Shown piece by piece: positions 27,906-37,082 of a stretch of 64,000 bases of DNA. The DNA is taken from positions 26,895 to 90,894 of the forward strand of contig MGFR01000005.1 in assembly GCA_001791995.1 (NCBI GenBank), in the 5' to 3' direction. Source of the DNA: Candidatus Woesebacteria bacterium RBG_13_46_13. GTDB taxonomy: Bacteria; Patescibacteriota; Microgenomatia; UBA8517. Numbering within the stretch: position 1 is the stretch's first letter; the number at the start of each line of letters is the position of its first letter. A program made the translations under genes and the position numbers. The notes below the pieces were generated by a model, which was not told the origin of the DNA, ran no database searches, and saw only the letters and a list, made by a program, of their open reading frames with translations.

Positions 27906-29093
27906 TTAAGCTACCCAATAGCCTCGGGTAAAAAGGCCAATAAGTATAACCCCCAGAAGGATAAAGACAAAGACTAGGGGGACAAGAAGCTTTCTTCTCT
28001 GGACGAGAAGAGGCAGCAAAAGAAATCCCATCAGGGAATATCGGGGCATTGAGGAAAATGTTCCTGTCAGTGTTGGAATCAAAAGGGTACCCAAACTAAA
28101 AATCCAATAACTTAACCTCATCTTTTTCCAGAAAATAACCAGAAGAGCTAAAGGAATAAGGGCGAAAAGAAATTCTATCGAGGCATTAAAAAATTCGATG
28201 GAGAAAACAGGAAGGGAAGCAAATATCTTCAAGTACCTATAAATTACCTGGGGAAAAAGGATGAAGCGTTCCGCGCTCCTTTGGGCCCCGAACGGGGCCT
28301 GGGCGGAGAGAAAATAAAAGTAACTGCCGATTGTTGCCTTTAGATATATCATATACATCAAGGTCCCCATGGAAGCGATTACAATCCCTATTAAGGCGTT
28401 AAGCCTTTCTCTGATTTCAAGTTTTTTGCCCCTTGCCCAAAGATAAATCTCCATGGCCATCAGGGGAACGAGCATTAGACCCAATATCCTTGTGGCGGAA
28501 GCCAGGGCGGCGAATATTCCGGCCAAAAGAAAGTTATTCTTTCGGCTCAGATAGATGGAAAGAACAGCAAGAAGCAAAAACAAAGATTCCGTATAGACAG
28601 CACCGAAATAAAAAGAGGTAGGAAAAACCAAAAGCAAAATTAAAGACCAAAATGAGACTTTCTGGTCAAAATCCAAACGCAAGAGTTTGTAGAAGAAATA
28701 AAGAGCGAGAAGAAAAAACAAACCGGAAAGGATAGTGGCGGTATAGAAATACGACGGATCTACAAATAAAGCCGTGTCTAAGGCAGGGTTCTTGGGAAAA
28801 ACGTTTAATATTCTTACCAGAATCGGATATAGGGGAAAAAAGACCTGGGTATTCGCAGCCGCATATCCGTCCTGGGCAATTCTTAAATAGTGAACCCCAT
28901 CAAAGTTGCCGAAGCCCCAAATCCAAGAAGGCAGACCGGTCGGTACAAGCACTCTCTCCGCATAAGGGAATCTTCCTCCCCATTTGGGAATCAGGTAGAG
29001 TGCAAAAAAAGCAACTACAAAGAGCAAGACTCTCCAGCTTAGAAATAAAGCAACAATCTTCCCGGTTTCACTTGAGAATTTCTTTATAAACAT
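27906..29093 (-). CDS. PIG-V-like (GT76) GT-C mannosyltransferase
   Basis: NFDGVHYLRIAQDGY, FFPLYP, FPTSFY, YTESLFL and SMPRY motifs. Confidence 0.8.
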   Translation of the reverse strand: MFIKKFSSETGKIVALFLSWRVLLFVVAFFALYLIPKWGGRFPYAERVLVPTGLPSWIWGFGNFDGVHYLRIAQDGYAAANTQVFFPLYPILVRILNVFPKNPALDTALFVDPSYFYTATILSGLFFLLALYFFYKLLRLDFDQKVSFWSLILLLVFPTSFYFGAVYTESLFLLLAVLSIYLSRKNNFLLAGIFAALASATRILGLMLVPLMAMEIYLWARGKKLEIRERLNALIGIVIASMGTLMYMIYLKATIGSYFYFLSAQAPFGAQRSAERFILFPQVIYRYLKIFASLPVFSIEFFNASIEFLFALIPLALLVIFWKKMRLSYWIFSLGTLLIPTLTGTFSSMPRYSLMGFLLLPLLVQRRKLLVPLVFVFILLGVILIGLFTRGYWVA

Positions 29094-30114
29094 TGTGAGT
29101 CTCGCGGGCTACCTTATCCCAAGAATATTTTCTGACCAAGATCTTGCCTGTTTCTATTAGCTGGCTCCTAAGCGTAACGTCTTTTAAAACCATCGCTATT
29201 TTTTCGGCAATATCTTTGGGGTCCTTGGGGTCGGCAAAAAGCGCAGCCGGTTCGGCTATCTCCACCAGGGCTTGGGTCTTAGCTGCAACTACCGGAGACC
29301 CCGAGGCAAAGGCTTCAAGTACAGGCAAGCCAAAGCCTTCGTAGAAAGAGGGTTGGCAATAGACAGAGGCAAGATTGTAAATCCCCACCAAATCTTCATC
29401 CGGCACAAATCCAAGCCTTATTATGTCCTTATCATCCCCATATACCTTGAGAAGCTTGGCAAGGGGTTTATTTTCCGGATGACCTCTGTCGAAATCTTCG
29501 CTTATTGACTGTTTGCCTGCAATTACCAAAGGGGTTTTGGCCATCTTAGCGGCTTCACAGAGTCCCAAAACATTCTTGTTGTAGTTCACATCCCCCACAT
29601 ACAACACAAATTTGTCGGGCAGTCCGTACTTTATCTTTATGCCTTTTAAAAGCGTCCTGTTTCCTATTGGCTTAAAGATCTCGCGAGGAGCTAGGTAGAC
29701 TACATGAATTTTCTCATGGGGAATCCCCAAAAACCTTACGATGTCTTTTTTGGAGGTTTCCGAAATCGTAATTATCGCATCGGATTTGTTAATAAGTAAT
29801 TTCTGAATCCAGAACCTGAGTCTGCCTTTAATTCCTGCCGGGTATTTCTTCGGATAGATTAGATAGATAAGGTCGTGGATGGTAAGTACCGTCTTGGTTT
29901 TCTTGGAAAAAGGAATGCTGAAAAAATACGGGTGAAATTTCTGGTAGTGAGCAATATCGTAACGGGACAAGTCCGTCTTGGAGAAATCAACCACATCGAC
30001 ATCCAAATCCTTTAGTAAACGCAGATGCTTAACTAAATTTACGGTGTGAACTCCGATTCCCCTTAAGGCATCTCCGCTTTTTGCAGGACCGGAATTAATG
30101 GCTACTTTAATCAT
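29068..30114 (-). CDS. Family 4 glycosyltransferase (mannosyltransferase-like)
   Basis: TIHDL and PSFYEGFGLPVLEAFASG motifs. Confidence 0.92.
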   Translation of the reverse strand: MIKVAINSGPAKSGDALRGIGVHTVNLVKHLRLLKDLDVDVVDFSKTDLSRYDIAHYQKFHPYFFSIPFSKKTKTVLTIHDLIYLIYPKKYPAGIKGRLRFWIQKLLINKSDAIITISETSKKDIVRFLGIPHEKIHVVYLAPREIFKPIGNRTLLKGIKIKYGLPDKFVLYVGDVNYNKNVLGLCEAAKMAKTPLVIAGKQSISEDFDRGHPENKPLAKLLKVYGDDKDIIRLGFVPDEDLVGIYNLASVYCQPSFYEGFGLPVLEAFASGSPVVAAKTQALVEIAEPAALFADPKDPKDIAEKIAMVLKDVTLRSQLIETGKILVRKYSWDKVARETHNVYKEILK

Positions 30115-30970
30115 GTCTTAGATACCGCCAATATGCTCTGGGGAATCTCAAAGCGGAAAAGAAAGAAAAAACAATTCCCTGCCAGCCATCGAGAATCCCT
30201 TTGTGCCTTATCTGGGTCAAGAAAAACCACCAAACTGGTTTTACCAGAAAATAGTTTAATCCCTGGATAAAACTCTTTTGGACTTTCTGCTTTCTCAAAT
30301 CCTTGGCCAAGAGGTCGATATAGTAGCTGTTCCTGGCAAGGTATCTAGTAAAGGTCGGGTCGGCCATGTGTACCAAATCGTTTGCCAGCCAGCCTACCCG
30401 ACCGTCAACTTCCAGCTGCTCGTGTACGCTTTTCGCAGGGAACGTCGCTCTACCTTTTTTAACCAGCCGGATCACTCCGTCCGGATATACCCCGCCGTAG
30501 CGAAGGTATCTTCCCAAGAAATAATTAAGTCGGGGAATAAAAAATGCCACATAAGCTCCACCGGTGGTACCTACGGGCTCATCCCTCTCGGCAACAATTC
30601 TCTGATGGCGCAGAAAAAGTTTTCTTTTGGGGAGGGTTTTTTGGTACTGCTCCAACTCAACTGGCGTCAGAGAAAGAACTTTCTTAATTTCTTTGGCCAG
30701 ATACGGGGTAACCCTCTCGTCGGCATCAAGTTGGAGTATCCAATCGCCGGTTGCCAAATCCATGGCTTTTTGCTTGGTCTTGTGGAAAATCGGCTCGTGT
30801 TGGACAATCTTAACCTTGGCTTCGTAATCTCTGGCTATCTCGACGGTTTTATCCTCCGAGGACTCATCGACAACAATAATCTCGTTGGCTAGGTTTCTAA
30901 CTGAAGCCAAACAATCACCAATATTGGCTTCTTCGTTTCGGGTGGCAAGAACTACAGAGAGAGTCGGCAT
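30107..30970 (-). CDS. Family 2 glycosyltransferase (beta-1,4-glucosyltransferase-like)
   Basis: NEEANI, WILQLDADE, YPD and VHE motifs. ATG 30970 preferred over the TTG at 30976. Confidence 0.88.
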   Translation of the reverse strand: MPTLSVVLATRNEEANIGDCLASVRNLANEIIVVDESSEDKTVEIARDYEAKVKIVQHEPIFHKTKQKAMDLATGDWILQLDADERVTPYLAKEIKKVLSLTPVELEQYQKTLPKRKLFLRHQRIVAERDEPVGTTGGAYVAFFIPRLNYFLGRYLRYGGVYPDGVIRLVKKGRATFPAKSVHEQLEVDGRVGWLANDLVHMADPTFTRYLARNSYYIDLLAKDLRKQKVQKSFIQGLNYFLVKPVWWFFLTQIRHKGILDGWQGIVFSFFSALRFPRAYWRYLRHD

Positions 30971-30985
30971 ACCCAAGTATAAGGT

Positions 30986-32254
30986 TTATCCGATAAGCTC
31001 GGCAACTTTTTCCCCCAATTCCACGGCGTAGTTGGTGCCCCTGTCCCAGGGGTAAACCTGCTGGATATTCGCCAGATATAACCCCTTAATCGGAGTTTTT
31101 AAGGCAGGAATTTTCTTCGAATAATTAAGCGTGACAATGGGCTGAGCGAAATTGGTTTTGAACACTTCCGCCTTTTTAATCCAGCTCTTCTTAAAATCCG
31201 GGTTTATCTTGGTCAGGTAGGGCACAAACTCTTCCGTGAGCTCTTTGGCCGACAGTTTAAAGAAGGGGTGGCCTGCCTCCAGGTAGTTACCTATATAGGC
31301 AATCTTGTCTCCTTTATAGTGGGCAGGGCTTATCAGATTCGTATGTTCCACAAACGCCAAAAAAGGAAAATCGTCTAAGCCTACATTTAGCCAGTAAACA
31401 TCCTTCAATACACTCTTTTTAAGGGTTAATACCAAAGTAACCGCCCCTATTCCCTTAAGTCTCCCGAGGCTTTTTACATAATCCGAAGGAAGAGTCGGTG
31501 TAACATTGGCAAATAGTACCGATGGAAGGGTACAAACAACTTTATCGAAAACATATTCTTTTCCTTCATTCGTCCTTAGGTGTATATTACCGTATTTTCT
31601 GCTAATTCGATTGATTGAAGTATTAAAGTGAAATTCCCCTCCGAACCTCTTGATGTGTTTTACCGCCTTATCGGCAAGTCCCGTAAATCCACCAATAGGA
31701 TAACCTAACTTTTTGCTTCTTTTTTTGATCCTGGCCCAAAACCACGAAGCCGGAACTCCCTTATGAAATCTTCCGAATTTCTTTTCGAACAGGCTTTGCC
31801 ACAATACTTTCCATGCCCTGTCACCCATCCAGTCTCTCAGATAACGCTCCGCTTTTACCCGCTCCAGAGGCTTCCAGACGGGGGTTAGCCTCAAATAACC
31901 GATACATATTCCGACTCTGATTTTATCCAGCAGGCTAAGCCCAGGAAAACGCAGGAGAGAGATGGGCGTATCCAAAGGATAAATACCTTCGGAAGTAATA
32001 GATGAGGTTGTTGCAACTATAAACGTGATTTTGTGCTTCAGCTCGGAGGCAAAATTGATAATCGCCCGATCGGATTCGAAGATGTGGTGGTAGTGTTTTT
32101 CCAAGGGCCACTTCCAGCCCTTTTGCCTAAATCCAGCTGCGAGGCCCCCAGGGACAGGTGAAGACTCAAAAACCTCTACTTGATACCCTCTCTTCAGAAG
32201 CTGATTGGCTGCGGCCAGGCCAGTAAAGCCTGCTCCGATTATCCCGATTCTCAT
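30986..32254 (-). CDS. FAD-dependent oxidoreductase (amine oxidase/protoporphyrinogen oxidase-like fold)
   Basis: IIGAGFTGLAAA, PGGLA, HYHHIF, GYPIGGF and QVYPWDRGTNYAV motifs. ATG 32254 preferred over the TTG at 32260. Confidence 0.85.
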   Translation of the reverse strand: MRIGIIGAGFTGLAAANQLLKRGYQVEVFESSPVPGGLAAGFRQKGWKWPLEKHYHHIFESDRAIINFASELKHKITFIVATTSSITSEGIYPLDTPISLLRFPGLSLLDKIRVGICIGYLRLTPVWKPLERVKAERYLRDWMGDRAWKVLWQSLFEKKFGRFHKGVPASWFWARIKKRSKKLGYPIGGFTGLADKAVKHIKRFGGEFHFNTSINRISRKYGNIHLRTNEGKEYVFDKVVCTLPSVLFANVTPTLPSDYVKSLGRLKGIGAVTLVLTLKKSVLKDVYWLNVGLDDFPFLAFVEHTNLISPAHYKGDKIAYIGNYLEAGHPFFKLSAKELTEEFVPYLTKINPDFKKSWIKKAEVFKTNFAQPIVTLNYSKKIPALKTPIKGLYLANIQQVYPWDRGTNYAVELGEKVAELIG

Positions 32255-32265
32255 GGGCAATTGTA

Positions 32266-33876
32266 CTATTTCGCGGTGACTATATAAAATGCATCGCTTC
32301 CGTTGGGGTATAAAACTTTCTTTTTAACCTCAAAATCTTTCTTGTAGAAAAGACCTGTATACTCAGATCCCGTCAAAACATAATAGATTCCGTAAGCAGG
32401 ATACGAATAGGCAAATTCCATATCTCCCAAAAAGTGGTATTTGCCGAAGGACGAAACCGTACTATAGCTTTTACTTTTCGTTTCGTTATACCTTACCGTC
32501 TGCAAATACTGCGGCAGAGGCGTTTTAAGATGGTAAAGCAGAAAAATATACGGCTGTTGGCGAATATCGGTCATGTAGACTGCTCCAACGTTTTTCTGGC
32601 TTTTCAGATAGTAGGCAATATCCTTCATTCCGTATTGCCATTCAATCGCGCTTCTGGCTGCGTAAGATTGGTAATAGTCCTTTAGATACAAAGCCATAAA
32701 GTATCCCAGCCCGCCAAGACCCAACAGAACAATCAGAGTCCGGACGACTCTGTTCCGGAAAACGGTAATCAGAAAGTAAAAACCCAAAGCGGCAATCATG
32801 TGCCAACTTCCGGTCATAAACATGGCCCGGGCCGCATGGGGAGCTTCATTAACCGCTGCGGCAGGGATAGGCCCCAAAAGAGCCCAAGCTGGCAGAACCA
32901 GTAAGTTCCATTTCTTTTTGATAAGTATTTGCCAAAAGAGGAAAGTGGTTCCCACAATCAAAAATACTAAATCAATTTTGTAAAACTCACCAACCGCTTG
33001 TGTTGAATGTCTGGGATTTGAATCCCCCGACACAAATAGATATTTATAGGAAAAATGAGCGAGGTATTGCCTGGTGGCTATCTCCATGGTCCCTAAAAAT
33101 TTGCTGTTGGTTCTTGTGAACATCTGAGTTTTCGTAATTTCTTCTTCGGAGAAAGACGTCTGTTTTATCCTGGCAAAACCCAGCAGGTTTTTATTGGAAA
33201 TCACCAGAATGGCAAAAAGGGCAAGAACGCAAAGTCCAATAGCAAGTTGTTTCTTCACCAAGGATAACTCTTTAAGGCTTGTAAGTATTAACAAAACAAT
33301 TAGGGGTGGTACGACGATTTTTGCACTGTGGTAGGAAATAAAGCTTAGACCGAAAGAAAAGAAAGACAGGGACAATAAGTAATTCTTTTTTTTGACTCCC
33401 CGCAAAAATAGAAACATCCCCAGCATCAGAAAAAATACCGCGAAGTTCAGTTCATGGTTAAACCGGGAAAACTGGAGGTTATATGGAGAGACGGCCAAAA
33501 ATAGTGCTGCGATAAGTCCCAATAATTTGCTTTTGAAAAGCTCCCGAGCTAGAAAAAAGACAACAATCACATTGGCTACGCCGAATAGAGCTGCCGGAAA
33601 CCTGGTCGAAAACTCCGAAAGTCCAAAAAGTTTTACGGAGATTGCCGTCGCATAGATGTGGACAGGGTGTTTATAGTCCTCGAAGGATTTAAACACTACC
33701 GGGAAAGTCTTACCCCATTCATCTTTCCCCCAATTGGCAATCGTATAAGCGTTATAGCCTACTGCGGTTTCGTCCCAAGAAAGAGACGGCGGCACCTGGG
33801 AAAGTTTATAAAACCTCAGAAATGCCGCCAGTAATATTACCGCACCGAGGAAAAAGTAAATTAAGTATTTCTTCAC
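32266..33876 (-). CDS. GT-C glycosyltransferase (ArnT/GT39-like), tandem paralog 1
   Basis: SWDETAVGYNAY...GKDEWG, SPY...FSR, PHAARA and WQYG motifs. Confidence 0.8.
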   Translation of the reverse strand: MKKYLIYFFLGAVILLAAFLRFYKLSQVPPSLSWDETAVGYNAYTIANWGKDEWGKTFPVVFKSFEDYKHPVHIYATAISVKLFGLSEFSTRFPAALFGVANVIVVFFLARELFKSKLLGLIAALFLAVSPYNLQFSRFNHELNFAVFFLMLGMFLFLRGVKKKNYLLSLSFFSFGLSFISYHSAKIVVPPLIVLLILTSLKELSLVKKQLAIGLCVLALFAILVISNKNLLGFARIKQTSFSEEEITKTQMFTRTNSKFLGTMEIATRQYLAHFSYKYLFVSGDSNPRHSTQAVGEFYKIDLVFLIVGTTFLFWQILIKKKWNLLVLPAWALLGPIPAAAVNEAPHAARAMFMTGSWHMIAALGFYFLITVFRNRVVRTLIVLLGLGGLGYFMALYLKDYYQSYAARSAIEWQYGMKDIAYYLKSQKNVGAVYMTDIRQQPYIFLLYHLKTPLPQYLQTVRYNETKSKSYSTVSSFGKYHFLGDMEFAYSYPAYGIYYVLTGSEYTGLFYKKDFEVKKKVLYPNGSDAFYIVTAK

Positions 33877-35387
33877 TGTTTATAAACCTTAAGAGCTTCC
33901 GTACCGTTAAGAAACTTTATGCCTGAAGAGGCAGTTCCCTTAATGGCATCCTCATCCGAGGCAAAGACCAGAGTTTTCCCCACATAATCCTGGCTGGTAA
34001 TCTTTTTAAAAACGTATTTGTCGAACTTTTCTACCGAGGAAAAGCCCCATCTGTCCGGCGTAGTTCGCACCGCTTCCTTTTGAAATCGTAACGGGTCGTA
34101 CTTCAAATAAAAGAGGGCGAAAATATAGGGTTGGGCATACTTTTCGGAAACGATTACCTTGTCATAATTTGAAAATTCTTCTTGGTGCTGGGTAAATACT
34201 ATTTTGTAGCCGTATTGCCAATCTGAAGAGGATTGGATGGGATAAAGGTTGAAAAAACCCTGGATATACGTCTCAAAAAACGCAAGGTAGGCAATCACCA
34301 CAGTCCCGACAGCTATATTCTTGTATTTCGGAAGCATAGATGAAATAAAGGCAACCCCGGCTCCGGAAATCATCGCCAGAAAAGGCAGCATGGTAATTGC
34401 CCTTAAGGCATGGGGAGATTCCCGAGTGATTGCGGCAGGGATCGGTGCCAATAAAAGAAGCGCTAGGGGCAAAAAGAACAGTTTTTTCCGGCTCTTGAGT
34501 ATAAATATAGTGCCGGCAAGTAGAAACGGCAGTTCTATAAAGTATAGTTGGCCCACTCCCGGCATTTGGCTTCTAAGATTTGCATCGCCCCGGCTAAATA
34601 GAAATCTGAAAGAATAATGTGACAAGTAATTGGAGATAAACTCCGAGGGGGATCTTACCGAAACGGTATTAAAACGGGCAGCCCCCACATCTTTTGTGTA
34701 AAGCCTGGCTATTGGAAAAGCAGAGACTCCGAGGATAAACAAAGAAACAAGGATAACTTTGATATATTTTCCAACATTTAGCCTAATTTCCCTGAAAAAA
34801 TAAATTATTAACAAGAGAGCCGTTAGCGGAATTACAATCCTGAATGCGTTGTAGCTGTAGATCGAGGCAATCCAGACAAGTGTACCGGCCAGAAAGAAAA
34901 CAGTCTTCTTGCCTTCCAACAAGAAAAGATAAAGCCCGAGAAGGAAGAACGCCAGCCCGGCTGTTGCCTCATAGCCGGTCCTGGAAAAGATAAAAAGCCA
35001 GGGAGACAAGGCCATAGAAAGAGCTGAGATAATTGCCGCCAAATCGTTTTTAAAAATCCTGCGGGCCAAAAGAAAAGTAAGGAAAACTGCCCCCAAAGAA
35101 AACATTACGGCAGGCAGCCTGACTGCAATTTCGGAAAGACCGAAAAAAACTTCCATTAGGGCTACCGAGTAAATATAAACCGGAAGCTTAAACTCTCCGA
35201 AGGCCCTAAAATGTAGAGGCAGAAATTCTCCCCACTCGTCCTTACCTGTCTTTAAAACCGAATAGGCGTTATAACCGATCGAGGCCTCGTCCCAATAAAC
35301 CGACGGTGGAACTGAAGAAATCTTAACCAGGCGGGACAATAAGAAAATTGCCGCAATAGCCGCCAAAGCCAGGTAAATCTTCTTCAT
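33873..35387 (-). CDS. GT-C glycosyltransferase (ArnT/GT39-like), tandem paralog 2
   Basis: YWDEASIGYNAY...GKDEWG, SPW...SR, PHALRA and WQYG motifs. Confidence 0.8.
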   Translation of the reverse strand: MKKIYLALAAIAAIFLLSRLVKISSVPPSVYWDEASIGYNAYSVLKTGKDEWGEFLPLHFRAFGEFKLPVYIYSVALMEVFFGLSEIAVRLPAVMFSLGAVFLTFLLARRIFKNDLAAIISALSMALSPWLFIFSRTGYEATAGLAFFLLGLYLFLLEGKKTVFFLAGTLVWIASIYSYNAFRIVIPLTALLLIIYFFREIRLNVGKYIKVILVSLFILGVSAFPIARLYTKDVGAARFNTVSVRSPSEFISNYLSHYSFRFLFSRGDANLRSQMPGVGQLYFIELPFLLAGTIFILKSRKKLFFLPLALLLLAPIPAAITRESPHALRAITMLPFLAMISGAGVAFISSMLPKYKNIAVGTVVIAYLAFFETYIQGFFNLYPIQSSSDWQYGYKIVFTQHQEEFSNYDKVIVSEKYAQPYIFALFYLKYDPLRFQKEAVRTTPDRWGFSSVEKFDKYVFKKITSQDYVGKTLVFASDEDAIKGTASSGIKFLNGTEALKVYKQ

Positions 35388-37036
35388 TTGGCCTCTACTA
35401 TCTCGAAGGCGTGAGTTCCGTCCAGAAAATCGATTGTCTTAAGTATGGCCATGTTTTCCGGAAAATCCCCGTGTTTGCCGATGAAAAGAATTTTCTTTCC
35501 GGGATAATCTTTCTTGATATCCTCAAACCTTGTTCCTGCATCCCCCAAATCCGGAAAGTAAAACTTATCAAAGGCCAGGACCCTTATCCAGTCGAAGGTT
35601 TCAAACCTCACCAGATTGGGATCGCTCATAAATTTGGCGGGATCATAGCCAAGGTAAAAAAGCGTGAACATATGCGGCTCTCCGTAGTGGCGGCTAAAAA
35701 CAATTAAATCGTAGTCTGAATAATGGTCCTTGATATAGGCAACTACCTGCTTATTGCCGTACTGCCAATCGCGGGAATAGGCAACAGGATAAATCTTGTA
35801 GTACCTGCCGAGATATGAGGCAAAACTGATAATTAGGATTAATCCCGTCGTCCCCCAAAGGAAATATGATGCGAGCTTACCTTTGGGTTTGACCAAAACA
35901 TAGACCCAATAGACCCCAAGGGCGGTAATAATCTGATATGCAGGGGCGGCAATTAAAGTTCTTAGGGCGTTGGGGATACTGTCGTTCGTGGTGGCAACCG
36001 GGACAAAAGTTATCAAAAGCCAAGATATGATAAGCCAGCGAAACTTGGATTTCTTCTTAAACAGATAGTAAAGTCCCAACAAAACAAACGGCGCCTGTAT
36101 CGCATAAAGTTCTCCCACCCCCTGAACATGGTGCTGTTTATGCGGGGCACCGCCAACAAAGAGAAAATCGGGAGAAAAATGTGCCAGATAATTCTGAGCA
36201 AAGTAAAAGCCCACATAGGTAACCCTGTTATGGATAAGATTGGTAAGAAGCGGCGGCAGCTTTGATAAATTCCTTCTCTCTTCAATCCTGGGGATGAGTC
36301 CAGCATCATCGGTGATGCTTACCAGCTTGTAGCGCGCCTTGGCCTCGCCGGAGACGACAAAGGGGATGAGAGGAAGCATCAAGACAGTAAATACAACTCC
36401 GGAAAGAATTGCCTCTTTTTTGTGCTTCCAGATTTCCTTTCTGAAGATTAATGCTGTTGCCAACAGAAAAAGCGGGGTAAAAACCCTGGCGCTATTGTAG
36501 GTATAAACCGAGACAGCAAAAGTAATCGTGGCCAAAACCCACCAGAGAGGTTTTTTAAATCCCTTAACCAAAAACCAAAGACCCATAACCACCCAAAAGA
36601 CGGAGAAAGACGATTCAAGCGATGCCCTGGTAAGTTGAATATGCCAGGGGGAGATAGCCAAAAGAAAGCTGGAGGTTAGGGCTATAAATTCGTTTGCGAA
36701 AAGCGCCCTGGTAAGGAAATATAAAAGCAGAACCGTCAGGGTTCCGTAGACAACCGGAGTTATCCTTACCCCCAGCTCATTTAGTCCGAATACGGCAATT
36801 CCCGGAACTGACGCATAAATTTGAGCAGGTAGTTTATATTCCCCGTAAGACTTGAAATGAAGCGGCAAGAACTTACCCCATTCGTCTCTTCCTGTTTTGA
36901 GAATCGAGTATGCATTGTAGCCGATAGAGACTTCGTCCCAATTTAAGGAAGGTGGAATTTGGGTAACCTTATAGATACGCAGTAAAAAGGCGAGGATAAT
37001 TATTATGCCTAACAAGAACCATTTCAGCTTCTTCAT
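35384..37036 (-). CDS. GT-C glycosyltransferase (ArnT/GT39-like), tandem paralog 3
   Basis: NWDEVSIGYNAY...GRDEWG, SPWH, PNALRT and WQYG motifs. Confidence 0.8.
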   Translation of the reverse strand: MKKLKWFLLGIIIILAFLLRIYKVTQIPPSLNWDEVSIGYNAYSILKTGRDEWGKFLPLHFKSYGEYKLPAQIYASVPGIAVFGLNELGVRITPVVYGTLTVLLLYFLTRALFANEFIALTSSFLLAISPWHIQLTRASLESSFSVFWVVMGLWFLVKGFKKPLWWVLATITFAVSVYTYNSARVFTPLFLLATALIFRKEIWKHKKEAILSGVVFTVLMLPLIPFVVSGEAKARYKLVSITDDAGLIPRIEERRNLSKLPPLLTNLIHNRVTYVGFYFAQNYLAHFSPDFLFVGGAPHKQHHVQGVGELYAIQAPFVLLGLYYLFKKKSKFRWLIISWLLITFVPVATTNDSIPNALRTLIAAPAYQIITALGVYWVYVLVKPKGKLASYFLWGTTGLILIISFASYLGRYYKIYPVAYSRDWQYGNKQVVAYIKDHYSDYDLIVFSRHYGEPHMFTLFYLGYDPAKFMSDPNLVRFETFDWIRVLAFDKFYFPDLGDAGTRFEDIKKDYPGKKILFIGKHGDFPENMAILKTIDFLDGTHAFEIVEAK

Positions 37037-37082
37037 GGGATAATCTTTATCTTAACAAGTAGACCGAATCTAGTCCAATAAT

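Noticed and set aside
30278-30892. 204-aa plus-strand ORF
   Set aside because: Lies wholly antisense to a clear GT2; no motifs, typical shadow ORF.
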